Assembly: GCA_965261355.1 (NCBI GenBank)
Contig: CBDHDK010000002.1
Span: forward strand, 2,456 to 66,455
From: Dehalococcoidia bacterium
GTDB lineage: Bacteria; Chloroflexota; Dehalococcoidia; Lucifugimonadales; UBA3495
Direction: 5' to 3'
DNA: 64,000 bases
In this document: positions 1 through 7,704 of the stretch, piece by piece
Layout: every line of letters begins with the position of its first letter
Position numbering within the stretch: the stretch's first letter is position 1
Notes under the pieces: generated by a model
Told to the model about the DNA's origin: nothing
The model's database searches: none
What the model saw: only the letters and a program-made list of their open reading frames with translations
Position numbers and translations under genes: made by a program

Positions 1-486
1 TATGTTCCGGTGCCGGTCGATGAACACGTCGTAGCTCCGCCCACTGCCGCTGAGATTCAGGATGTCGACGCTGACATAGGTGCGCTCCAAGTAGAAAGCC
101 GCGCCCGTGAACAGCACGCCCTCCCTGCCGGTCGCCGAGTCATAGGTCGAGGCGTGGCGGAGACACCGCTCCCATTCCGGCGGCATCCGCTCCATGTAGA
201 ACGCGGCAACGTCCTCCTTCGTGGTGCCGTTCGGGGCGCGGTAGGTGCGCAGAATGACCCATTTGTCCGGGGGCGAGACGGGGTTCTCGTTGCTCTCGGA
301 GGGATGGGGGTGGTCTTGGGTTGCATCCGCTCCGGGGAAGACGGGCAGGGAGTCCAACAGCTCTCGGTTCCGTCCGGTTTCGTACCAGCCGAACCAGAAG
401 ACACCGACTACGACCACTAAGGCTGCGAGTACCGCTGCCGCGGTAAGTGCCAACAGCACCCGCTTCCTCAACTGAGTGCCCGCCAA
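1..486 (-). CDS. hypothetical N-terminally membrane-anchored protein; 3' end lies beyond window edge
   Basis: Not in the ORF track (no stop inside the window). Hand translation of the minus strand is open from 486 to 1: ..AGTQLRKRVLLALTAAAVLAALVVVVGVFWFGWYETGRNRELLDSLPVFPGADATQDHP...KWVILRTYRAPNGTTKEDVAAFYMERMPPEWERCLRHAS...YDVFIDRHRNI. One clear TM helix. Only TTG (486, 471) or GTG (459) starts are available. Confidence 0.5.
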   Translation of the reverse strand, partial: MAGTQLRKRVLLALTAAAVLAALVVVVGVFWFGWYETGRNRELLDSLPVFPGADATQDHPHPSESNENPVSPPDKWVILRTYRAPNGTTKEDVAAFYMERMPPEWERCLRHASTYDSATGREGVLFTGAAFYLERTYVSVDILNLSGSGRSYDVFIDRHRNI

Positions 487-788
487 GTCGCGTGGCCGTG
501 CCCCGGAAACCTACTAGGCCCTGTGCCGGGGTCGTGAGCGTGTCCATCCAAGTCGGCGAGGAGCCTGTCAGCCCCGGGGTCGAGGCGGCGCGGGAATTCC
601 AGTATTTCCTGCTGAGTCTCGCGTATCTCCCTCATGTCCTCTCAGTCCGTGCCTACGACGAAGATTTTGAGCACGAGGTATATGGTTAGAGCGACGAGGG
701 CCACGGGCAATAAGACAGAGAGCGCTACGAACAGGTGGGCGGACGCGACCAGCAGAAGGGACAAGGCTTTCCGCAGCACCCTGCGCGG

Positions 789-1103
789 CTACCCAGAGAT
801 GCCGTAGAGGGCGGTTAGGTAGAACAGCACGAAAGATGGTTGTCCGTCGTCTTGGTGCTTGGTGGCGGATTTCCAAGGCCATCTGACAGCCATGGATTCT
901 TCTGTGGCTGAAGTTGCTGTGCCTCTCGTATTCCCAACCCTGGGCGATGGCCACGGCTTTGGCGCCATGTGGGCGGCGGCGCCCCAACCCCTTTGGGACG
1001 CCTGATGCAGGTCGCCCTGGGTCAGGTACTCCCTGCTCTTCGCCAAGAAGTCGCGCGCCTGATTCACGTGGTCTGCAACTGCCTCAGTGTCGGATGTGAT
1101 CAA
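789..1103 (-). pseudogene. possible frameshifted small helical protein (N-terminus reminiscent of PaREP1/HEPN-like proteins)
   Basis: The N-terminal half MITSDTEAVADHVNQARDFLAKSREYLTQGDLHQASQRGWGAAAHM looks protein-like. A plausible continuation, AKAVAIAQGWEYERHSNF, lies in a different frame (ORF 568..987). The rest of the listed ORF is low-complexity. Family assignment is from memory only. Confidence 0.25.
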
Positions 1104-1149
1104 CGGTCCTCCTCCTGCCGGGGCTGTGCTGTCGGATGCGGCCTTTCAT

Positions 1150-1542
1150 TCAGCTCCTAACCCAATCGCTGACGATTGAGGCAATTCCAACAGTTGTTGC
1201 GAGAACCGCAACCACCATCGGGAACCAGTTTACCTTCAGCCATGTGCGAAGAGGGTACTTGATTTCCTCTAGCCTTCTTATTCCTTTCGGCGTGAGTCCA
1301 CTTATGAAAGAAGTGGGCACATTTCCGTCCGCATTACGAGGGGAGGCACTAACAAGAAGCCCGTCATCGAAGAGATGCGCGACAAGAGCATCGATTCGCC
1401 CCCTTATGTGGGGTCTGTCAAGAACCATCTTGCTCTTAGCTGAATTCCAAACGTCTGTGCGTGAAGTGTGCAGCACATCCTCAAGAATGTCGCGCTCCAT
1501 CCGCGCCACGTCGAAAGCGTTTTCTTCTGGACGGCTTTTCAT
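1150..1542 (-). CDS. hypothetical protein, winged-helix-like core (DUF2513-like?) with C-terminal TM helix
   Basis: 130-aa ORF. The start overlaps the upstream stop (ATGA at 1539-1542). Contains ..RIDALVAHLFDDGLLV...GLTPKGIRRLEEI.. followed by the hydrophobic tail WFPMVVAVLATTVGIASIV. Lies in a lower-GC region. Confidence 0.5.
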   Translation of the reverse strand: MKSRPEENAFDVARMERDILEDVLHTSRTDVWNSAKSKMVLDRPHIRGRIDALVAHLFDDGLLVSASPRNADGNVPTSFISGLTPKGIRRLEEIKYPLRTWLKVNWFPMVVAVLATTVGIASIVSDWVRS

Positions 1543-1838
1543 GGTTCGTCCTTCCGATGGTCTAGGTCGGTGAGCATTTGGATGACGGTCGCATTGAAAT
1601 CTATTTGGCGACGCAATATCACGCTGTACGCCTTCATGAAAAGCCAGGGATTATGCCCCTGCCGCATAATCTGATGGTCCAAACCGTCGGGAATTTCGTT
1701 GTTTGTCAGCGATTGCTCGAATTGCTCACCGAACCAATCAGAGGACATCGATTCCGAGATTTTCAACCAAGATCCGAAGAACTGTTGATACCCTTCCAGA
1801 ATCTCCATGCGCCTTTCCCAATTGTCCATTGATGCCAT
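1539..1838 (-). CDS. hypothetical protein (99 aa from ATG 1838; track start TTG 1853)
   Basis: ORF MASMDNWERRMEILEGYQQFF... The ATG at 1838 lies 4 nt after the stop of the HNH-frame relic and is translationally coupled to the next gene. No family recognised. Confidence 0.45.
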   Translation of the reverse strand: MASMDNWERRMEILEGYQQFFGSWLKISESMSSDWFGEQFEQSLTNNEIPDGLDHQIMRQGHNPWLFMKAYSVILRRQIDFNATVIQMLTDLDHRKDEP

Positions 1839-1842
1839 TACT

Positions 1843-2031
1843 TCACACCCCAATTTCCGATAATCTCGCCACGAGGTACTCGTGGGGCCGGCCGCCCTTG
1901 ATGCGGTTGCAGCTTGAGCAAAACAGTTGCAGGTTTTCCAGGTGGTCAGTCTCGCCGCGAGAGCGGGGAACGCGGTGGTCTACGCGGATCGGTTGATGTA
2001 ATCTCTGAGCGACTTCATATGCCGTTCCAAC
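1843..2031 (-). pseudogene. HNH endonuclease C-terminal motif in an unlisted frame (relic or frameshifted 3' part of the 1980..2588 gene)
   Basis: Hand translation gives [62 protein letters not shown]. This carries the DH..P....G....NL..(x)C..CN..K HNH signature. There is no ATG/GTG/TTG start in the frame and no upstream CxxC. It overlaps the 3' end of ORF 1980..2588 in another frame. Confidence 0.55.
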
Positions 2032-2588
2032 TCAGGGATTCCAATGTGCTTCGGGTCCCGGCCGGCGAGTTGGTCTACAAACCGCAGCAGGCTCTTGGCG
2101 TTGTCGAGATGGTCGTCTCGCCACCACTGGGAGCATACATAAAACCTGTCGGCGTACAGTTTGGTGTAGAACCTGTTTTGTCTGTCGTTATCCGACCCCC
2201 TTCTACCCGCTTCCCTTCGTCTGAGAAGTGGGAACCCGCCAAGTTGAAGGCCTAGGATGTTCTGCGTGTAGTCCCGGTTCATCAGGTTTTCAATATCGGT
2301 TTCTGTAAAGAGAGAGGGGTAGTCCTCCAAGAGTGTTTTCATCAGTTCCCGGACGATGGGTTGCACCTGGTCGGGCTGGGTTCCCTCACTCATATCGGCA
2401 GTTGACCGGCACCCCGGTTCCCTGGTCCTGACTGTGGTGTCTTGGCTGATGCCGACAGCAAGGCGGAACAGGGCCTTCTCCTCATCCGCCAGTTCCTCGT
2501 ACGCGGCGACCGCTGCTCGTACCCGTTCGTTCCTCTGTAGTTCAAGCTCCAGCAGCATTCTCAGGTCCTGGCTGTACCGTTGCGTCAT
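1980..2588 (-). CDS. hypothetical protein (possibly the N-terminal part of a frameshifted HNH nuclease)
   Basis: 202-aa ORF with non-repetitive sequence (..[33 protein letters not shown]..). No family recognised. Its 3' end overlaps the HNH-motif frame. Confidence 0.5.
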   Translation of the reverse strand: MTQRYSQDLRMLLELELQRNERVRAAVAAYEELADEEKALFRLAVGISQDTTVRTREPGCRSTADMSEGTQPDQVQPIVRELMKTLLEDYPSLFTETDIENLMNRDYTQNILGLQLGGFPLLRRREAGRRGSDNDRQNRFYTKLYADRFYVCSQWWRDDHLDNAKSLLRFVDQLAGRDPKHIGIPELERHMKSLRDYINRSA

Positions 2589-3005
2589 GTAGCCTCACGT
2601 CCTTTGGACGGGTGCTGCTGTCCGGCCAACCGGTTCCCACTGGGCTGGACAGACTTTCCCAGGGTGTTTTCTCAAACCACGCTCCTACATCTGCGCTAGG
2701 TTGACGGCCAGGTTGTAGGCGAACCAGCCGTCCCGGGTCCGGAAGCTCTGCGGCTTCGCGGTGTGGGCGTCCCGCACCAGTCCGAACCCGTCCTACCTGA
2801 CCCTGAACTTCTTCCTGTCACCGGAGAAGTAGATGTGCTTGGTCGTGAACCCGAGGAGTCCGGTGTCTTGAGTGTAGCTCCCATCACGAACTCTGATTCC
2901 CCTGTGATTCTCATCTCATCTCGAGATTTGGGCCGGGTTCGCCACCGGGGTGTAGGCAAACCATCAGTCCTTGGTCTTGAAAGACAGGGATGGCCGGGAG
3001 TGGGG

Positions 3006-4022
3006 TCAGGTTCGGCCGGATTCAATTAGCGTTGCGATCCGTTCTATTTGCTCAACTATCGAGTTGAGAACAGCCTCGTATTTGTCGCCATGCAGATGGA
3101 CCGGGATATAAATGTGGGTACCGTTCTGGTGTGCGTGGAATGGTTCCTTGAACAGTGCATCGACGACTTCCTGGCGCAGCCCATAGTCGTGCAGAGTAAA
3201 CCAGAGAGGGTTGTGATGGTAAGTGCTCCAGTCCCGAAAATAAATGCCGAATGAGGAGCTTTCCACTCCGCAGAATGTCATGTATCGGACGCTGTAGACA
3301 CGATGGACCGCCGGGCGGTAGGCTCCTCCTGGAACCGCCGCCCGTGAGTTCTCTATCAGACGTTCGACCGTATCGTCAATCAGCCCGTACAGGAGCGGCA
3401 GCGACCTTGGGAATTCAGGAGTCAGTGGACCGCGCTGTGTAGAATCGAAACCCCTCAGTTCAGCAATGTCCTGAAGTTGGTGTATGTCGTTCACCGTCTG
3501 GGCGACTGCCCTGCTGGCTTGGGCCGCTATGCTGTCCAAAAGGAAACGCCAACTGGTGAGGATCAGTTTGCGATGCTCGTCAACATCGCACCAGCGTATT
3601 TCCTGCTCCACATTTTCGTTACTCAGGTTAAAGCAAGCCTCCACTGACACTCGGTCCTTCAGTTCCTGCCAAAGCTCCTTCAGTCTGACTGGCGGGGCAA
3701 CGAAGAGAAGCGCCGACTGTTTGTCCTTCGGCAGTCGGCGCAGGTAGGTTACAGGCTGGTTGCTGGTCAAGCCGGCCCAGAACTTGGCCTCCAGCAGCAG
3801 CCGTTCCTGCTCTGTTTCATCATAAGTCGCTAGGTCAGGAGTTCCACCGCCCCGTCTGCCTAGGTTCTGCGTATCAACTCTCTTGATTTCTCCAATGTCG
3901 ACGTCACGGGTCAGCAGGAAATCACGCAGGGCCTGCCTGGAGGCTTCGGAACTGCTGAGGATGTGTCCCAGGGTGTGGGTGACGATCTCCTCTGAGCGGT
4001 TTACCAACTTGGGGGTTGTCAT
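3006..4022 (-). CDS. PD-(D/E)xK nuclease-like hypothetical protein
   Basis: 338-aa ORF. GGGTPDLATYDETEQERLLLEAKFWAGLTSNQP fits a PD...(D/E)xK motif (PD ... E-A-K). Lower GC than the core genes. Confidence 0.55.
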   Translation of the reverse strand: MTTPKLVNRSEEIVTHTLGHILSSSEASRQALRDFLLTRDVDIGEIKRVDTQNLGRRGGGTPDLATYDETEQERLLLEAKFWAGLTSNQPVTYLRRLPKDKQSALLFVAPPVRLKELWQELKDRVSVEACFNLSNENVEQEIRWCDVDEHRKLILTSWRFLLDSIAAQASRAVAQTVNDIHQLQDIAELRGFDSTQRGPLTPEFPRSLPLLYGLIDDTVERLIENSRAAVPGGAYRPAVHRVYSVRYMTFCGVESSSFGIYFRDWSTYHHNPLWFTLHDYGLRQEVVDALFKEPFHAHQNGTHIYIPVHLHGDKYEAVLNSIVEQIERIATLIESGRT

Positions 4023-4260
4023 CAGGAACTACCTCCGAATTTGTGCAGAGTCGTCGCCGGTCATCAATACTCTCACTTCGCAATTCCCTCGTAGATTTCA
4101 GAGTGCCTAGTCGAAACGGAGTCGGATTAGTACTACAGTCGCAGATGACTGGCTTTAGGGCCGGAGGGCCTTGACGGCCGTTGAACTTGGCTTCGGTTTA
4201 TGCGTCTGCGATAGAGGCAGAGTAAGCTGGTTAGACCCCTCTCTCACAAAAGATCTCGCC

Positions 4261-4580
4261 ATGCTTACCCTGCGCGAGGCGATTCCACCGGTTCTAATCC
4301 CCTTCGCAACACTATTTCGCGGCCCGACTTGGCGCAAAGCTCAGGTCCTGTTGGTGGGGGCCGTTTTGGCCCCAGGCCAGCGCACCGTGGCCTCGGCCCT
4401 TCGCGTCATGGGACTCAGCGGCGACCGCAACTACGCCCACTACCATCATGTGCTCAATCGGGCGGCATGGTCGGTGTCTCAAGTCCTGCTGGTATTGCTG
4501 ATCCGCCACTTGGACCGGGGCGATGACCCCCTGATCTTCGGTATCGACGAGACCTTGGAGCGACGCCGAGGTCCCCAGAT
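4261..4580 (+). pseudogene. N-terminal fragment of an IS701/IS4-like DDE transposase
   Basis: MLTLREAIPPVLIPFATLFRGPTWRKAQVLLVGAVLAPGQRTVASALRVMGLSGDRNYAHYHHVLNRAAWS...IFGIDETLERRRGP matches my recollection of IS701-type transposase N-termini. Similarity stops near 4580 and the frame then runs into an AT-rich junction. Confidence 0.5.
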
Positions 4581-4641
4581 CAACTTCACGCCGTCCGGCC
4601 TAGCAGCCTGTCTGAGGATTAGATTTTGGAGACGACAAGCG

Positions 4642-5361
4642 TCATAGTCTAATCTCATTGGTGAATAATAGGGTTAAATAAAACAGTAATCGTAATAGTT
4701 GGCTTTGGTGAAGACGATTTTCGTTTAGAACATTGTTTCTCGGACAGACTGCTAGGGTGCTGCGGAGCGTGGACCTGGCCACCCCGTACTTCCGTGCCAC
4801 CGCCGCCACCGGCATCCCTCCCTCCACATCCTGCCTAATTGCGACGAGCTGCTCGTCGGTCAGACGCCGCGGCCGGCCCAGTTCCACGCCCTTCGCCCTG
4901 GCGGCTTGAAGCCCCGCCCTGGTCCTGCGGCTGATGTTCTGGCGCTCTTGCCTGGCCACGTAGGCCGCCATGCTGGCCAGGACGTTGCCCATGAAGGCCT
5001 CGGGCGAGTCGGGGTCCGCGTCCAGGTACTTCGTCCACTGGACCTCGTTGCCGGCCAGGGACCGCAGCCGGATGCCGCGGCGCTGCAGATCGTAGATCGC
5101 CCACATCGTCTCGAGGTAGCGCCGTCCCAGTCGGTCGATGGCGACAACCACCAGCACATCGCCCTGAGCGAGCTGCTGGTCCAGGACGTGCCACTGGTCG
5201 CGGCTGTTGTAGTCCTTGGCCCCCGATGCCGCGACGTCGGCGTACACCTGCGCGGGTTCCACGCCAGCGCCGACGAGCTGGCGGCGCTGGACGTGGGGGT
5301 CGCTGCCGGGATGGCCAGGCTCCTGGTCCCGGCTGGTGCGGATGTAGCCGTAGGTGGTCAT
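4642..5361 (-). CDS. small serine recombinase (resolvase/invertase family)
   Basis: MTTYGYIRTSRDQ.. (catalytic Ser region), ..VVVAIDRLGRR.., and a C-terminal HTH ..VAAVARKYGVARSTLRSTL. The last ~34 aa are encoded by AT-rich DNA and look non-native. Confidence 0.8.
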   Translation of the reverse strand: MTTYGYIRTSRDQEPGHPGSDPHVQRRQLVGAGVEPAQVYADVAASGAKDYNSRDQWHVLDQQLAQGDVLVVVAIDRLGRRYLETMWAIYDLQRRGIRLRSLAGNEVQWTKYLDADPDSPEAFMGNVLASMAAYVARQERQNISRRTRAGLQAARAKGVELGRPRRLTDEQLVAIRQDVEGGMPVAAVARKYGVARSTLRSTLAVCPRNNVLNENRLHQSQLLRLLFYLTLLFTNEIRL

Positions 5362-5376
5362 TGGCCCATCTTATCC

Positions 5377-5460
5377 TTTTTCGCCATGGCGTCACGAGAA
5401 GCAGGTGTCAGCATTTTCGCCAGTGGCGAAATACGGGCGTTTTTCGCCTCAGTGGTGAAC
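5377..5460. promoter_or_regulatory. res-like region: three inverted-repeat subsites directly upstream of the recombinase gene
   Basis: TTTTCGCCATGGCGTCAC (5377-5394), TTTCGCCAGTGGCGAAA (5415-5431, a perfect 8-1-8 palindrome), and TTTTTCGCCTCAGTGGTGAAC (5440-5460). They share the half-site TTCGCCA with different half-site spacing. The first lies 16 nt from the start codon. Confidence 0.5.
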
Positions 5461-5605
5461 CGGCAGGAATAATCGACAGAGTCGGCAAAGGTAGTTGACG
5501 TTAATCAGGAGGGTCTGTTCTGGAGGCAGCCTCCGGAATTCTGGGTTGCCGGACCGGATGCGCGCTTCCAGTTGATGGCATTACGTTTTTCGTTGCCAGT
5601 TCGGG

Positions 5606-5788
5606 TCACACGCCGCTGGCTTGGCGCTGCGATTCGCGCTCGGCTTTCTGTCGTGCTCTTCTGGCGGCGTCTGATTTGCGGCGGCGCTGTCGGTGTTTTT
5701 CAGCGCAGACTTCGCACATAGTCTGGTCAGGTATGGCTGGCTTCCTACATGCTCGGCACAACCCAAGTGCTCTGGCGGTCAGGCGCAT
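5606..5788 (-). CDS. small zinc-ribbon-like basic protein
   Basis: 60-aa ORF with CRAC...CEVC (a four-Cys pattern) and an Arg/Lys-rich tail. The frame stays open for 109 codons upstream without a canonical start. Confidence 0.4.
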   Translation of the reverse strand: MRLTARALGLCRACRKPAIPDQTMCEVCAEKHRQRRRKSDAARRARQKAERESQRQASGV

Positions 5789-6053
5789 CTGCTGAGCGTT
5801 TTTTCTGTAGAATTCCTTCCGTTCAGGTGTTTGGTTTCTGGCCTTGTCGTAGGCTTTGCGTTGTTCCGGTGTCTGCTTGGGTCTCGTTATTAGTACCTTG
5901 GCGGGGTTAGGGGTCCGGTTGGGCTGGTCGTCGTTCTGTAAAGGCTGGGGCTTGGGGTTACTCGGTCTCCGGATTTCTGTTCGGGTGGGTTTCAGGAGAG
6001 TCGGGTATGAAGAGGGCCGGGTAGGCGGATTGCGATTGGGCCGAAAGGATTTG

Positions 6054-6150
6054 GGCAGGGAGATGCGGATGGAGAAGATTGTGCCTATCGCCCGCTTATG
6101 CGGGAAAGACGGGTCTCAAGGCCTCCGGCGTTTAAAACGCGATTGCCCTG
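6054..6150 (-). repeat. solo, degenerate copy of the hairpin-containing end module of the ~1-kb elements
   Basis: The reverse complement of 6095-6150 reads CAGGGCAATCGCGTTTTAAACGCCGGAGGCCTTGAGACCCGTCTTTCCCGCATAAGCGGG. This parallels CAAGGAAATCGCGTCTTAAATGCCGGAGG...CCCGCGCAGGCGGG at 12946 and 13743. The far end (about 6054) is only weakly similar. Confidence 0.4.
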
Positions 6151-6300
6151 TCGCCACTATGCGCTTATCGCCGACTGCAGGCCCGGATGGTATACTCTGC
6201 AAAGGCGGCCAGTGCCAGGGGCCGTTCAATATTTTTGTGCGGATGTGTGACGGTGTACTCTGAATCCACTACCGCATCTCTGGCTGATCTTGCGCTGCCG

Positions 6301-6951
6301 ATGGAAGAGGGCCGGGGGCGCATCGCCAGAGACGCGGCACTGATCGTGGGCTTTGCCCTGTTCATTGCCCTTTTTGCCCGCTTTTCCCTGCACTTGCCAT
6401 TCACTCCCGTGCCAGTAACCGGGCAGACCTTTGCGGTGCTTCTCACCGGCGCAGCAGTTGGAAGCTGGAGAGGCGCAGGGGCTACGGGTGTTTACCTGCT
6501 GGCCGGGATGTTCCTGCCGTTTTACGCAGGGTCGGCTGACTCGTACCTCTGGGATGCGTCAGTGGGAGAGTACGTGTTCGGGTTCACTTCCGGAAGTTCC
6601 GGTCTCTTCTGGGGGATGCCGTCCGGCGGGTACATTATCGGCTTCATAGCCGCATCATATGTGGTTGGGTTCCTGTGCGAGCGGGGTGTCGGCTCGAGCG
6701 TGTGGATACTGCCAACGCTGTTGGTGGGCAACATTCTGGTCTACGTGCCGGGGCTGATACAGCTGTCGCTGTTCGCGCCGTCGGGGAAGACGCTGGCGTG
6801 GGGATTGTACCCTTTCATTGCCGGTGATTTGCTTAAGCTGGTGGCCGCGGCGCTGCTGGTTCCCGCGTCGTGGGGAATCGCCAACCGCTGGCTGGGCGGA
6901 GAAGACGACGGTTACCGGCGGTCGGAAGGCTCCGGCAGGCGCTGGCTGTAG
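6301..6951 (+). CDS. bioY: BioY-family biotin transporter S component
   Basis: ..LPFTPVPVTGQTFAVLLTGAAVG...GVYLLAGMFLPFYAG...GGYIIGFIAASYVVG.. is a typical BioY pattern. Internal ATG 6301 is preferred over the track start at 6187. Confidence 0.85.
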   Translation: MEEGRGRIARDAALIVGFALFIALFARFSLHLPFTPVPVTGQTFAVLLTGAAVGSWRGAGATGVYLLAGMFLPFYAGSADSYLWDASVGEYVFGFTSGSSGLFWGMPSGGYIIGFIAASYVVGFLCERGVGSSVWILPTLLVGNILVYVPGLIQLSLFAPSGKTLAWGLYPFIAGDLLKLVAAALLVPASWGIANRWLGGEDDGYRRSEGSGRRWL

Positions 6952-6969
6952 GGGAAGAGGGGACACAGG

Positions 6970-7608
6970 ATGGATCTGGCGTTTCTCGGGCATTCGTCAT
7001 TCAGGCTGCATGCAGACGGGATGGTGGTCATCACCGATCCATACCCAGAGGGGTTGGGGTTGCGGATGGAGAACCGACCGGCGGCGGTGGTCACGGTCAG
7101 CAACACGCATCCAAATCACTCGGCGAAGGGTGTGTTGAGCGGGGAGCCGCGGGTGTTCAGTGCGCCGGGGGAGTACGAGTTCAACGGCATCGTGGTGCGG
7201 GGAGTGATGACGCCTCTGCCGTCGGGAACGCCGCACGAGCAGCGGAATGTGGCGTTCACCATCGAGATAGATGGGGTGAACATCTGCCACCTGGGAGACC
7301 TGGCACTGCCGCTGACGACTCGGCAGGTGGACGAGCTCAAGCCGGTGGACGTGGCGCTGGTACCGGCGGGCGGGCACTGCACGGTCAGCCTGGACCAGGC
7401 GTTGCAAACGATCCAGGACCTGGACCCGAAGATCGTGATTCCGATGCATTACTCGCACGGGCAGGCCGGGGTGTCGCTGGAGGGTCCGGAGGGGTTCCTG
7501 CGGCGGCTGGGGCAGGACGAGTTGCAGCCACAGTCCCGGCTGGTGGTTTCAACGGGGAACCTGCCCTCGGATCTGCGGGTTAACCTGATGACACCGCCGC
7601 GGGGGTAG
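6970..7608 (+). CDS. MBL-fold metal-dependent hydrolase (UPF0173-like)
   Basis: MDLAFLGHSSFRLHADGMVVITDPY... and ..ICHLGDL...PVDVALVPAGG. Length of 212 aa is typical. Confidence 0.75.
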   Translation: MDLAFLGHSSFRLHADGMVVITDPYPEGLGLRMENRPAAVVTVSNTHPNHSAKGVLSGEPRVFSAPGEYEFNGIVVRGVMTPLPSGTPHEQRNVAFTIEIDGVNICHLGDLALPLTTRQVDELKPVDVALVPAGGHCTVSLDQALQTIQDLDPKIVIPMHYSHGQAGVSLEGPEGFLRRLGQDELQPQSRLVVSTGNLPSDLRVNLMTPPRG

Positions 7609-7704
7609 GCCTCGGGGGGCGGGCGGAACTTCGCTTCGAATTGATGAGGCAGCCGTTTGGCTGCCTCTTTTTTGGTTCCTGATTGGGCTGGCGACGGGCG
7701 GTGC

